Source: Deltaproteobacteria bacterium (lineage in GTDB: Bacteria; Myxococcota; Kuafuiibacteriia; Kuafuiibacteriales; Kuafuiibacteriaceae). From it: a stretch of 64,000 nucleotides of DNA. This document shows, in pieces, positions 28,112-38,597 of the stretch. The notes beneath the pieces are model-generated. The model was not told the DNA's origin and did no database searches. It worked only from the letters and a program-made list of their open reading frames with translations. The position numbers were made by a program, and so were the translations under genes. Location: contig JAVJQW010000047.1 of assembly GCA_040218735.1 (NCBI GenBank), positions 32,001-96,000 on the forward strand, read 5' to 3'. Numbering within the stretch: position 1 is the stretch's first letter; every line of letters starts with the position of its first letter.

Positions 28112-29035
28112 TCAGAAGACGTCCAAAGTGAGACCGCCGCCGAAGATGTGGGCGTTGCGTGTGTTGGTTCCACCCACGAACACACGCGCCAGCGCGTAGA
28201 CCGCGAGGTTGTCGAGGATACGGTACGAGGCACCGCCGCCGATGAGAAATACGTTCTCGTTGAGCAGCGAGTCATGAAAATGCTGCACCGCCGTCGCGTT
28301 GTCTTCCCACTCGAGGAAATTCAACCCACCGTGGGTGATGCGAATGTCGGTACCGATGTTCACCTCGAGGTCGGGGATGATGAAGTACCCGACCATCGCG
28401 CTGATATCGCTGTAGTTCTGGTTGATGTCGCTCGTCGCGGCGGAGTCCGTCTTGTACCGCTCGGACAGCGTGAAGTCGTAGCGCGCGTGGAAGTAGAGGT
28501 TCGGGAGGATCGGGTCGAGGAAGCGGCCGACGGACAGTCCGAAGTGCCCGCGGGTCAAACCGCGCCCCGCCGCCGCGAAGCCCTGCGTCTCGTAGCCGTG
28601 CGACGGGATGCTCGCCCCCACCTGCACGGCGAGCGCGATCGGATCCTCGAGGATCGCGTACCGCGCGCCCAACCGGAAGTCCTGCAGGACGAAGTGCAGG
28701 TCTCCGTCGTCGTAGCGACCGTGGGGCGTGAGGAACGCACCGTCCCCAGGGTCGCCGTTGAACTGGACCGCGAGCAACGGCACCGACGCGCTGACCGCGA
28801 GCCCCGGAATGGGGGTCACGTACTCGGCACCGAGCTGAAACGACTGGTGCGTGGTCGGGACGTCGTCGAGCTGCTGCCCGTCGGTTTCGATGATCGCCGA
28901 GGAGGGCGCGAAGTTGTAACCCACCGAGACGGAGAGTGAGTTCGGGGCACCGACCCAGGCTTGCGCGTAGGCGGATCCGCCCGTGCAGAGGGCGAGGAGC
29001 CCGCAGGAGAATGCGGCGAGGTTTCGTGGGTTCAT
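28112..29035 (-). CDS. Exported outer-membrane beta-barrel-like protein
   Basis: Signal peptide AYA/QAW; alternating beta-strand pattern; C-terminal Phe. Confidence 0.65.
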   Translation of the reverse strand: MNPRNLAAFSCGLLALCTGGSAYAQAWVGAPNSLSVSVGYNFAPSSAIIETDGQQLDDVPTTHQSFQLGAEYVTPIPGLAVSASVPLLAVQFNGDPGDGAFLTPHGRYDDGDLHFVLQDFRLGARYAILEDPIALAVQVGASIPSHGYETQGFAAAGRGLTRGHFGLSVGRFLDPILPNLYFHARYDFTLSERYKTDSAATSDINQNYSDISAMVGYFIIPDLEVNIGTDIRITHGGLNFLEWEDNATAVQHFHDSLLNENVFLIGGGASYRILDNLAVYALARVFVGGTNTRNAHIFGGGLTLDVF

Positions 29036-29050
29036 ATCCAACTTGGGGCA

Positions 29051-29093
29051 GACAAAACGCTCCGAGGTACCTCGTGCGGAAGTACCTCGGAGC
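29051..29093 (-). terminator. Intrinsic terminator-like hairpin
   Basis: Perfect 12-bp inverted repeat gctccgaggtac (29059-29070) / gtacctcggagc (29082-29093), followed on the minus strand by GTTTTG. Confidence 0.6.
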
Positions 29094-29113
29094 ATGGGTT
29101 CAATTCGCGAGGC

Positions 29114-30043
29114 TTACTGCGTGCTGATGCCGTAGGCGCGGAGGTGGCACCACAGGCCGAGCATGTCGACGCGTTTGTCCGTCTCGGCGCCGTCCGCATC
29201 GACCATCGGGACGACACGGTGAATCGACTGCGCGTGCAGGAGGAAGCCGCCCGTGGACGTCTCCGTCAGGATGGCCGCCGGGACCGTGATGCTGTTCGAG
29301 CCGATGTCTCCGATGCAGGTGTGCGTCGTGACGCCGTTCTCGTCCGCGAACAGGAGGAACGGGATGATCGCATCGTCGGTCTGCTCCGTCGGCGCGGTCC
29401 AATCGATCGTGAAGTCGAGGCCCGCGGGGATCGACACGAAGTCGGACTCCATGAGCGGCGGCGGATCGTACGCCGCGGGCACGCGGACGGCGCCCTCGAA
29501 CGTGTAGCCACCGAAGTCGGCGTTACCGCCGAGCTTCACGTCGTACTCCGTGCTGGGCGTGATGACCGAAGACACGTTGTCCTGGACGAAGGCCGTGTAG
29601 GCGACGTCGTGCGGTCGGTAGAAGGGATCCACGACATCCATCTGCGGGCTCACCATGGTCGCGGTCGGCGCCCCCTCCAGCGTGACGGTGCCGACGTCGA
29701 GCGCCTCGACCGTCGCCGGGTTCGCGAGCGGCCACGTGTCGTTCTTGTCCTTGTACGTGATGCAGTTGCCCGGCTCCGGCACCGTGAAGTGCGCCGGGTT
29801 CTGGCTCTTGCGGAAGTATGTCGTGAGGCGCGCCGCCTCCGTGCCGCCGGGGAAAGTCATGTACTCCCAGCGAACCTCACCCGCCTCGTCACTCTCGAGG
29901 TTGACGGTCGTGGTGGTGCATCCGTGTCCGGTGCAGGTGTTGTCGTCGTCGCTCCCCGTATCGTCACCGCTGCAACCCACCACGAAGGTGGCGGCCAGGG
30001 GCAGCGTCGCCCATGCAAACTTTCGAATCGTTGTCTTCTTCAT
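29114..30043 (-). CDS. Hypothetical lipoprotein
   Basis: MKK... signal with VVGC lipobox; acidic, beta-rich body. Confidence 0.75.
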   Translation of the reverse strand: MKKTTIRKFAWATLPLAATFVVGCSGDDTGSDDDNTCTGHGCTTTTVNLESDEAGEVRWEYMTFPGGTEAARLTTYFRKSQNPAHFTVPEPGNCITYKDKNDTWPLANPATVEALDVGTVTLEGAPTATMVSPQMDVVDPFYRPHDVAYTAFVQDNVSSVITPSTEYDVKLGGNADFGGYTFEGAVRVPAAYDPPPLMESDFVSIPAGLDFTIDWTAPTEQTDDAIIPFLLFADENGVTTHTCIGDIGSNSITVPAAILTETSTGGFLLHAQSIHRVVPMVDADGAETDKRVDMLGLWCHLRAYGISTQ

Positions 30044-30447
30044 AGCGTGTGTAGTGTCCCGTTCTCGACTTTCGGAGCTCGATGACTCCGGTGATCTGAG
30101 CGTGTGATGCGCCTTACACTCGTCATATACCAACACCTGCCAAAGTCAAATTGGGGTCCTGGGATCGCGTGCCCGTACATCGGCGCACAACGAGCGACGC
30201 ACACCACGCATCGCAATACGTGTTGCACTCATGTCGGCAGAGTTTCGGACGCGTTGAAGTCGACGTGTCCGCGTCGCGAATACGGTGATCGGCCAAATCT
30301 GAGAATGCGCACTTCGTGCGACCGCAAGAACACGCTCGAAGTCTCCACCGAACGGTGACTCGAAACGATGCGTTTCGCTCGTTCAGCGTGTAAGAACGAC
30401 GTACACCGCCAAACACGCTCACCCACAGCGACCGTCGACTGTGGATT

Positions 30448-33400
30448 TCAGTTCACAGTCGCGACGCCGCCGTTCCACTCGAGGATCGCAAACGTCCAGT
30501 CGTCGTCCTGGATCTGCTCACCGCGGAGCGCATCGGCTTCGGTGATGATCTGCTCGACCGCACCGACGAGGTCTTGCTCGCGTGACTTCTCGAGGATCCG
30601 CGTGAAGCCGCGCATCCCGAGCATCTTGTCGTTGGGTAGGTTCAACTCAGGTAACCCATCGGTAAAGAGGAAGAGTCTGTCGCCGGGCTCCAAGTTTCCT
30701 TCGATCATTCCCACTTCGAACTCTTCACTCCCGAGCGGCGTACCACGACATGGGTAGAGTTTCGCACGACCACCACCACGTGAGATTCGAATCGCAGGTA
30801 ACCCACCCGCGCTATAAGAACGAAAAGTCCCGGTCGCCTCGTCGAGCTGAACCACGGTCATGGTCATCTGATACTGACCACCCGAAACCGCGAGCACCTG
30901 CTGATTGATAGCCCGCAGCATCCCTTTGACGTCTTCGTTGTTCTTCTCTTCGTGAACGCGGAACGCAGTGGCCGCCGCCGCCGTCACCATCGCCGGCCCC
31001 GGCCCGTGGCCCGTGACGTCACCGACCAGCACGTTGTAAGCCCCACGTCCCGTCGACGCGTGGTACCACCAGTCACCGCTGCACACGTCCGCGGGCCGGT
31101 AGAACCCACGCAGGCGGAGCGCAGCCCCCTCGTAGAGCGGGGTCCGCGGGAGGAAGCCGGTCTGCACCGCGCCCGTGAGCTCGAGGTCGCGCTCCACGGC
31201 CTCCAGCCGGTTCTGACGTCTCAGCTGCTCGAGCCGCCACGACTGGATTCGGGTGTAGACGGCGAGCGCCGCGAGGACCAAGGCACCGTAGATGGAGTAC
31301 GCCCACCACGTCTTCCACGGCGGCGGGTCCTGATGAATCGTCAGCTGGACTTCACCGGCCTCGGGGAACGCCCCCGCCGAGTCGGCCGCCTGCAGCCGGA
31401 GGACGAAGTCACCGCCGCCAAGGTTCGACAGGGTCACGAAGTCACGCGTCGTCTCGATCCACTTCTCCTGCAGCCCATCGATCTTGTAGCGGTAGCGCGC
31501 CGCCTGCCCGGGCGCGCGCCCCAGCGCCGCGAACTCGATCGAGATGACGGACTCCGTGTAGCCCAGCTCCAGCGCCGACGTTCGCCACGGCGCGGTGGGC
31601 AAGTCCATGGGCTGGTCGAAGAGCTGTAGGCCCGTCACCGCGACCGGGTAGGTCACCGGATCGAAGCGCAGCTTCTTGGGATCGAAGTAGTTCACACCCT
31701 CCGAGTTCGTGAAGAAAAGCTCCCCCGTCCGCGCCCGGTAGGCTCCGTTGTAGAAGAACTCGTTCGAGAGCAGCCCGTCCGCGCGTGTGAAGGTGCGCTC
31801 CACCCGCTTGGCCTGCGTGTCGACTACCGCGAGCCCTCGCTCGCTGCTCAGCCAGAGCGCCCCGTCGTCCTCCTGAACGATGCCGTAGACGTTGATCGCC
31901 TCGAGCCCCTCCGCCTCGCCGATGTGCTCGAACACCCCCGCGCTCATGTCGAACCGGTCGAGCCCCGCTCCGTACGTACCGACCCAGAGCGGTCCGCCGC
32001 GTTCGAGATGAAGCGACGCGACGCTGTCGTGGCCGATCGACGTCGGGTCCGACGCATCGTGGAGGTACTGCACGTACGTCTTCGCTTCGGTGTCGGCGCG
32101 GATGAGGCCCGCCCGCTCCGTGGCCAACCAGATCGTGTTGGGCGTCGAAGGATCCAACACCGCCATGTACAGGTGCGTCGCCGGCAGCGGGTTGTCGTCG
32201 TAGGGGTCGTTCGTCCAGGCCGTGAAGGTCGCGCTCTTCGCGTCCATCTTCACGAGCCCCCCGCCCCACGTCGCGAGCCACAACGTCCCGTCCGGCTCGG
32301 AGGTGATCCAGTCGATGCGCGCCGCGCCCGGACCGAGCGGGGGATCGACCTTCGTGTAGACGACGGCGCGATCGTTCGACGGATCGATGCGCACCAGTCC
32401 CGTCCCCTCGACGTCCGCCCATATGAAACCGCTGGCGTCTCGGTGTACGGCGGCGATCGCACGCGTCAGCGGGACGGCGCCGTCGTCGGTGCGCACCGTC
32501 TTGTACCGCGTCCGTGTGTTCGCGCGACGGTCGACGCGGTACAGCCCGTGCTCGTACGACCCGGTCCACAACCGCCCTTGCCGATCCTCGGCGAAGTGCT
32601 GGTATTGGCTCGCGTCGGGCCGGAACGCCTTGAACCTGAGCTGCTGCTGCGAGAGCGTCGAGATGCCCGTCGCAGGTCCGCCGAACCAGTACGTGCCGGC
32701 GCGGTCCTGGAAGATGACCCCCACCCACCGCGGGAACGTCACGAGCTCCGGATCGTCGATCCGCCGCACCACACGCAGCACGTCCTTGCCGTCGATCCGG
32801 TTGAAGCCGACCTCGGTCCCCGCCCAGACGACGCCGTCACGATCCAGCAGCAGGTCGAGCACGTTGTCGTGCGTGATGCGGCGCGGCTCGGGAGCGTCGG
32901 CGCGGTAGTGCACGAACCGATTCGTCTTCAGGTCCATGCGATCGAGCCCGCGGTCCCGCGTCGCGATCCACAGCGTGTCGTCGCCCTGCACGAGCAGGCG
33001 CGCCAGCGCGTTCGAGGCGAGGCTGCTCGGGAGCGCCGGGTCCGTGGTGTGCAGCTCGATCGTTCGTTGCTTCGGGTCGTAGACGGCGAGCCCATCCGCG
33101 AACGTCGCGAGGTAGAGGCGGCCTTCCGCGTCGAAGGCGAGATCGACGGCCGGCGAGCCGAGCGCGTCCGGCGTGAGGATGTGCGTGGCGCGACCGGTCG
33201 CGGTGTCGAGGCGATCGACGTGACCGTCCGACATCGCGACCCACAGCAGCCCCTCGCCGTCGAAGGCCAACGCGCTGATGCCGTCGGACGCGAGCGTCGT
33301 CGGGTCTTCGTCGCGGTGGCGGAAGTGGGCGAAGCGCGAGGTCGTCGCGTCGTACTTGTTGAGGCCACCTTCTCCGGTGCCCACCCACAGCTCGCCCGAA

Positions 33401-33744
33401 GGGGATATGACGAGGTCCGTGACGAAGCCGTTGCTCAGCCCGTTCGGATCGTCCGGGTCGGCTCTGAAGACGTCGAACTCACTCCCGTCGTAGCGCCCGA
33501 GCCCAGTGTGTGAGCCGAACCAGATGAACCCGAGCTCGTCCTGCGCGATCGCGTAGATCGACGAGTCCCACAGGTCCGAGATGTGGGTCATCGTGAAGGG
33601 CGGATTCAGCGGACGTGTCTCGCCGACGAGCTGCCCCTTCAGGTGCGCCGACGGGGTCCCGCGACGATTCGGACGGGCGTCGATGGTCGGAGCGACGAGG
33701 AGCGCGGCGACGGCGAATGCACCCGAACGAAGCAGGGCCTGCAT
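30448..33744 (-). CDS. Beta-propeller (Reg_prop) / Y_Y_Y sensor with SpoIIE/PP2C phosphatase output
   Basis: Repeated D..G.LWVGT..GL; YRYKIDG; PPPWKTWWAY TM; SGDWW, VGDVTGHG, LFTDGLPE, DDWT. Confidence 0.9.
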   Translation of the reverse strand: MQALLRSGAFAVAALLVAPTIDARPNRRGTPSAHLKGQLVGETRPLNPPFTMTHISDLWDSSIYAIAQDELGFIWFGSHTGLGRYDGSEFDVFRADPDDPNGLSNGFVTDLVISPSGELWVGTGEGGLNKYDATTSRFAHFRHRDEDPTTLASDGISALAFDGEGLLWVAMSDGHVDRLDTATGRATHILTPDALGSPAVDLAFDAEGRLYLATFADGLAVYDPKQRTIELHTTDPALPSSLASNALARLLVQGDDTLWIATRDRGLDRMDLKTNRFVHYRADAPEPRRITHDNVLDLLLDRDGVVWAGTEVGFNRIDGKDVLRVVRRIDDPELVTFPRWVGVIFQDRAGTYWFGGPATGISTLSQQQLRFKAFRPDASQYQHFAEDRQGRLWTGSYEHGLYRVDRRANTRTRYKTVRTDDGAVPLTRAIAAVHRDASGFIWADVEGTGLVRIDPSNDRAVVYTKVDPPLGPGAARIDWITSEPDGTLWLATWGGGLVKMDAKSATFTAWTNDPYDDNPLPATHLYMAVLDPSTPNTIWLATERAGLIRADTEAKTYVQYLHDASDPTSIGHDSVASLHLERGGPLWVGTYGAGLDRFDMSAGVFEHIGEAEGLEAINVYGIVQEDDGALWLSSERGLAVVDTQAKRVERTFTRADGLLSNEFFYNGAYRARTGELFFTNSEGVNYFDPKKLRFDPVTYPVAVTGLQLFDQPMDLPTAPWRTSALELGYTESVISIEFAALGRAPGQAARYRYKIDGLQEKWIETTRDFVTLSNLGGGDFVLRLQAADSAGAFPEAGEVQLTIHQDPPPWKTWWAYSIYGALVLAALAVYTRIQSWRLEQLRRQNRLEAVERDLELTGAVQTGFLPRTPLYEGAALRLRGFYRPADVCSGDWWYHASTGRGAYNVLVGDVTGHGPGPAMVTAAAATAFRVHEEKNNEDVKGMLRAINQQVLAVSGGQYQMTMTVVQLDEATGTFRSYSAGGLPAIRISRGGGRAKLYPCRGTPLGSEEFEVGMIEGNLEPGDRLFLFTDGLPELNLPNDKMLGMRGFTRILEKSREQDLVGAVEQIITEADALRGEQIQDDDWTFAILEWNGGVATVN

Positions 33745-33851
33745 GCGTGCGTCATGCTGACACAAGGCCGGGACCATGGAAACGAACGCACCGACTCGTG
33801 GCCTTCGACGACTTGGCCGTGAACGGGGAGCGCTGCTAGCGTGGATACGTC

Positions 33852-34358
33852 ATGCGGGTTCACTTCGGTCTGGGGGCGCTCGCGATCGTCGCAGCGTGCG
33901 GCGGCGCGGACGTGTCGTCCGACGACGACGGCCCCGTCGTGCTGCCGCTGAGCAACTGCGACGACCGCACGGACGTCCCCGACGTCGAGACCACGCAGAT
34001 GGGTCATTTCCGCGACGACGGTTTCCACGCGCTCGAAGACGAGGAGCGCATTCCCGTGGAGTGGGGGCTGCAAGGCGGCACACACGTCGAGATGGACGTT
34101 TCGTTCTACGCCGAGGACGGACGCGCGTGGCGGCACCACTTCGTGCTGGAGCGCGAGGACGGCACGTTCCTGGGGGACGGCATCATCCACGCCGCGAACT
34201 GCGTCCCGGGCTGGACGGCCAACAAACGGAACTTCATCCTCGTCCGAACCTCGACGTCCGGTCCCGCGATTCTCAAACTGTCCACCGAGCTGTGGGAGGA
34301 CGACGCGATGGTGCGCGCGCTGAGCACCGAGCGTTCGATCGTCCTCTACGAGGAGTGA
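33852..34358 (+). CDS. Hypothetical lipoprotein
   Basis: VAAC lipobox; GLQGGTH motif. Confidence 0.65.
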   Translation: MRVHFGLGALAIVAACGGADVSSDDDGPVVLPLSNCDDRTDVPDVETTQMGHFRDDGFHALEDEERIPVEWGLQGGTHVEMDVSFYAEDGRAWRHHFVLEREDGTFLGDGIIHAANCVPGWTANKRNFILVRTSTSGPAILKLSTELWEDDAMVRALSTERSIVLYEE

Positions 34359-34401
34359 GCCCAACTTGTTTGGGCTGCCGGGTCGTGGCATGAGGCCGTT
34401 C

Positions 34402-34758
34402 ATGCACGTTCGTCGATGGTTCGGTTCTGCCGTGGTCGCGGCTCTCCTCGCGAGCTGCAGCGGGCCGGGCGGGTCGGTCGAGGAGTGCATCGGCAGCTAC
34501 TCCGGGACCTACGCGGGCGACGCGTCGGGCACGATCTCGGCGACGCTCGACATGGACCGGGAGCTCGAGGTCTCGCTCGTGTCGAGCGACGGCGACGAGA
34601 CGACCGCGGACTTCACGGTCACGTCGTCGAACACGCTGTCGCGCGATCGCGGACGACTGGATCTGAGCGGGACGTTCGACGAGGGCGCGTGCTCGATCTC
34701 GGGGGACTGGACGCTGTCGAGCGAGTCGGGGACGTACAGCCTCGAGAAGGTCGAGTGA
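34402..34758 (+). CDS. Small hypothetical lipoprotein
   Basis: LASC lipobox; YSGTYAG...SGTF...SGDW beta-strand pattern. Confidence 0.65.
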   Translation: MHVRRWFGSAVVAALLASCSGPGGSVEECIGSYSGTYAGDASGTISATLDMDRELEVSLVSSDGDETTADFTVTSSNTLSRDRGRLDLSGTFDEGACSISGDWTLSSESGTYSLEKVE

Positions 34759-34761
34759 GCA

Positions 34762-35809
34762 TCACTTCCTCGCTTCGAGGATGATGTTGAACGGCGTCTC
34801 GGCGGCGCGACGGAACTTCGATGAAGCCGGCGTCTTCGAACACCTCGCGCAGCCGCGCTTCGCCCGCCTGGGCGCCGAGCCCGAGGCCGACCTCCTGCGA
34901 CAGCGAGTTCGGCGTGCAGATGAACGTCGAGCACCCGTAGAAGAGTCGGCCGACCGGGTTCAGGTTGTCGTCGAGTGTGTCGCCCGCGATCGGCTCGACG
35001 AGCAGCACCGCGCCGTCGTCGGCGAGCGCCTGGTGCGCGTGCTTCGCGGCGCCGACCGGATCGCCGAGATCGTGCAGGCAGTCGAAGAAGCAGATCAGAT
35101 CGTAGTCGCTCCCGTCGTAGCTCTTGGCGCTGGCCTCCGCGAAGGTGACTCGGTCCGACACCCCGGCGTCACCCGCGCGCGCCTTCGCCGCTTCGACGGA
35201 GGGCGCGTGGAAGTCGAAGCCGAAGAACTTCGAGCTCGGGAACGCTTCCGCCATGACGATCGTCGACGCGCCGTGCCCGCAGCCGATGTCGGCGACCTTA
35301 CCGCCCGCGCGGAGCTTCGACTCGACGCCATCGAGCGCGGGGAGCCACGCCTGAACGAGGTTGTTCTTGTAGCCGGGGCGGAAGAAGCGTTCGACACCCT
35401 GGAAGAGGCACGGGTGATGCTCCCCCCAGCCAAGCGCGCCGTCACCGCGCATCGCCTTCACGACCTTGTCCTTGTCCATGAACATCGCGGCGAGGGTCCC
35501 GAGGCCGCCCGCGACGAACACCGGAGAGTCTTCGACCGCGAGCGCGAGCGCCTGCTCGGGCGGAAGGCGGAACTTTCCGTCGTCGTGCTCGACGTACCCC
35601 GCGGCGGCCATCGTGGAGAGCCACTCGAGGACGAGGCGTTCGTTGCAACCCGTCTTGCTCGCGAGCTCCTCGGCCGTGACCGGCTCGTTGTCCGCCATGG
35701 CCTTGAACAGCCCGACCTCGTCGCCGACGAGGATACTGGCGACCATAGCGGCGCCTCCCATGTCGGTCACGAGCTTCCCCATGAAGTCCATCAGCTTGCC
35801 TTCGTCCAT
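34762..35809 (-). pseudogene. wHTH plus class I SAM methyltransferase with a 1-nt frameshift near the C-terminus (possibly a sequencing error)
   Basis: VADIGCGHG, FDCLHDLGDP, GLGAQAGE. Removing one base at about 34822 restores the tail GFSKFRRAAETPFNIILEARK* ending at 34762. Confidence 0.75.
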
Positions 35810-35939
35810 GGGGTGGGCCGTTAGCTCGGGGCTTGGGGACCGTCAATGTGAGCGGGGCGGTGATACCGACGCGGCGGCGTGCACCTGAGCGCACGTGCGC
35901 GTGATGGTCCGAGCGCGACGAGCATGCAAAAAGACACAC

Positions 35940-36812
35940 GTGGAGATCGACCACGAGGCGCTCGCGTCCGCCATCGCGACGAAGCTCGGTATCGAAGAAA
36001 CGCCGGTGCGGTACAAGACCGGGTCCGTGCCCGTGTTCCGCTTCGGCGAGCGGGTGTTGAAGCTCTTTCGACCGAACGAGGAACGCTACATCGCGACCGA
36101 GCTCGCCGTGCTTCGAAGGCTGCATGGCCGCATCACGATCCCCACTCCCGAGGCCCTCGACACCGGCACGTTCGACGAATGGCACTACCTGCTGATGCGT
36201 CGAGTGGAAGGTGACCCGCTCGACGAGATCTGGTCCGACATCGATCCGCGGAGCCGCGTCGCGCTCATGCGTTCGCTCGGCGAGAGCATGGCGCAGTTCC
36301 ACGCGGTGCCGACCGACGATCTCGACGACGTCGCGAGTGACTGGCCCGCGTTCCTCGCCGAGTACCGACCGACCGTACGCAAGAAGCACCTCGACAAAGG
36401 CCTCGCCGAGCGGTGGGCGGACCAGCTCGATGCGTTCGTCGAACGCTGGTACGTCGAGGACGACCGACGCGCGCTGCTGCACACCGAGGTCATGCGACAG
36501 CACGTCATGGCCCAGCGCGACGCGGACGGCTGGCGACTGTCCGGCATCGTCGACTACGAGCCGTCGATGGTCGCGCCGCCGGACTACGAGCTCGCGTCGG
36601 TCGGCGTCTTCACGACCTGCGGAGAGCCGGGCCTCCTCGCCGCGTACCTCGAAGGCTACGGCACGCCGTGGGATGAATCGTTCCCCAACCGAATCATGGC
36701 GCAAGCCATCTTGCATCGCTACGGGAACCTGAAGTGGTACCTCGAACGCCTCGGCGACGCCGACGGCGCGACGACGCTCGAGGCGCTCGCCGCCGACTGG
36801 TTCAAACCGTAG
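35940..36812 (+). CDS. Aminoglycoside phosphotransferase (APH/choline kinase-like) family protein
   Basis: VLKLF, YLLMRRVEG, LLHTEVMRQH, GIVDYE. Confidence 0.8.
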   Translation: MEIDHEALASAIATKLGIEETPVRYKTGSVPVFRFGERVLKLFRPNEERYIATELAVLRRLHGRITIPTPEALDTGTFDEWHYLLMRRVEGDPLDEIWSDIDPRSRVALMRSLGESMAQFHAVPTDDLDDVASDWPAFLAEYRPTVRKKHLDKGLAERWADQLDAFVERWYVEDDRRALLHTEVMRQHVMAQRDADGWRLSGIVDYEPSMVAPPDYELASVGVFTTCGEPGLLAAYLEGYGTPWDESFPNRIMAQAILHRYGNLKWYLERLGDADGATTLEALAADWFKP

Positions 36813-38034
36813 CGGGGCGACGGATCCGTACGAGGCGCTCCGCGGGCGGGATTGGATCCGGAGCGTCGAACGACTCCTCGACGATCTCGAACCGGCCGTG
36901 GTCGAAGGGCCGCCCGGGCGCGCGCGCGACCGGGACGAGGCGCTCACGCCGCCCGAGCTTCGCGAGCTGTCGCGCGCGGTAGTGACAGAACGGATTGTTG
37001 CCGGGGCGCCCGAGAATCGCGTGCGCCGTGAACGTGCAACCTCCCTTGCAAACCTCGGCGAAGTCACAGGTACGGCAGAAGCCGTCGAGGTCATCGACCG
37101 AGCGACGGGTGTTGAAGGTCAGCCGGGTGCTCGCCCAGATCTCGGCCAACGATTCCGTGCGGAGGTTGCCGCCGACGTAGTCCGCGCTCTGCAGGGACGG
37201 ACAGCCCTTCACGTCGCCATTCGACTCGATGCCGAGCACGAACATCCCCGCCTGGCACCCCGACCAGTGATCGCGCCCCGTCGAATCGAGCGAACGGAGC
37301 AACGCCTCCTCCGGCCCGAAGTACCCGAGGTTATTGCCGGGCATGATGCGAACGCCATCTTCGAACGCGCGCGCCTTCAGCGACGCGACGCGCGGCAGGA
37401 CGTCGAGGAGATCCCACGGCTGGAGCAACAGGTCCGGACGATCCGCGGCACGCCCCAGCGGCGCCGTGATCTGAATCTGCCAAGCGACGATCCCCGCGGC
37501 GCGCAGCGCGTCGTAGAGCGGCTCGAGATCGGCGCGGTTGAGGCGATTCACGTTGATGTTGGACGCGACCGTGATCCCCGCGGCGCGCAGCGCACGCAGC
37601 GCCGAAAACGCCGCCGCGTAGGAACCGGGTCGACTCCGCATCCGATCGTGCGTCGCCTCCAGACCATCGATGCTCACCGACACCGAGTGCATCCCGGCCT
37701 CGGCCATCGCCGCAGCGAGCTCGGGCGTGATGCCGAGGCCGCCGGTCGTCATCGTCGGCCGAATACCGGCCTCCGCGAGCGCCGCGACGATGTCCAAGAA
37801 ACCTTCGTGGAGGTAGGCCTCACCGCCGATCAACACGACCTCGCGCGCACCCATCTCGGCGAGCTGCCGAACGACGTCGAGCGCCTCGTCGGTCGTCAGC
37901 TCGCCCTCGCGAGCGCGCATCGCACGCGAGCCGCAGTGCGTGCAGGCGTGGTCACACGCGAGCGTGAGCTCCCAGACCACGTAGGCGGGGTGCCGCTCGC
38001 GGACGACGTTCAATCGGCGGTGAGACACGGCCAT
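36802..38034 (-). CDS. Radical SAM/SPASM protein, PlpX/splicease-like (GDL/YG-motif associated)
   Basis: CDHACTHC; GNNLGYFGP; CQAG...GDVKGCPSL; CRTC-x5-C-x3-C...C SPASM. Confidence 0.85.
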   Translation of the reverse strand: MAVSHRRLNVVRERHPAYVVWELTLACDHACTHCGSRAMRAREGELTTDEALDVVRQLAEMGAREVVLIGGEAYLHEGFLDIVAALAEAGIRPTMTTGGLGITPELAAAMAEAGMHSVSVSIDGLEATHDRMRSRPGSYAAAFSALRALRAAGITVASNINVNRLNRADLEPLYDALRAAGIVAWQIQITAPLGRAADRPDLLLQPWDLLDVLPRVASLKARAFEDGVRIMPGNNLGYFGPEEALLRSLDSTGRDHWSGCQAGMFVLGIESNGDVKGCPSLQSADYVGGNLRTESLAEIWASTRLTFNTRRSVDDLDGFCRTCDFAEVCKGGCTFTAHAILGRPGNNPFCHYRARQLAKLGRRERLVPVARAPGRPFDHGRFEIVEESFDAPDPIPPAERLVRIRRPATV

Positions 38035-38420
38035 TACTCCTTCACGCCGTCGACGCCGTCGCAGTTCTGGTCGACCTCGTCGCCTTCGGGATCGTCGGCC
38101 GTGGGATAGACCATCGGATCCATGTCGGCGCAGTCGTCGGGCGTGCAGAAGCCGTCTTCGTCGAGGTCTTCTTCGCCGTCCGGGCACACCGCCGCGGCGA
38201 CGCAGTACGGATCTTCGGTGTCGTCGGGATCGCAGGGCGGGAGGCCGTAGCAGGCCATCAAGGTCATCGCGAGGAGGCCGCCGGTGCCGAGGCCCATGAC
38301 CCGGCGAGCGAGGCGCGGGAGCACGCGGGAGGCGACCGGCGTCGGCGCGCAGTTCGGGCACGCGGCGAGGTGAACAGGGATGAAGCCGTTGCAGTCGGAG
38401 CAGGAGGAGAGGTTCGTCAT
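38034..38420 (-). CDS. Small zinc-ribbon/membrane protein with CYG motif and acidic metal-binding repeat (putative rSAM substrate)
   Basis: CSDC-x10-CPNC, hydrophobic segment ending LMACYGLPP, D.DEDG...DC.D.DP..YP...DQNCDG; TAATG overlap with the rSAM gene. Confidence 0.75.
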   Translation of the reverse strand: MTNLSSCSDCNGFIPVHLAACPNCAPTPVASRVLPRLARRVMGLGTGGLLAMTLMACYGLPPCDPDDTEDPYCVAAAVCPDGEEDLDEDGFCTPDDCADMDPMVYPTADDPEGDEVDQNCDGVDGVKE

Positions 38421-38597
38421 GCGCGTTGCCCAACGCAACGACCGGGCCAACACCAACGGACGTGCCTCGGCGAGCGCCCAACGGGGCAGCGCTGTCGTAC
38501 AGCGGTGTGCCGTAGATTCACAGCGCTACCGTCGTTCCAGAGACGGACGGATCCGCGGCGTTTGTCGAGGCGCTGCGGCACGCGTTGTTCTAGGCGC

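Noticed and set aside
30120-30150. Possible sigma54 or sigma70 promoter on the minus strand (TTGACT...TGGCAGG)
   Set aside because: The GG-N10-GC spacing is not met and the -10 match is poor.
35940-36812. APH gene as acquired antibiotic resistance
   Set aside because: The catalytic loop is atypical (HTEV rather than HGDL), no mobile element is nearby, and the substrate cannot be inferred.
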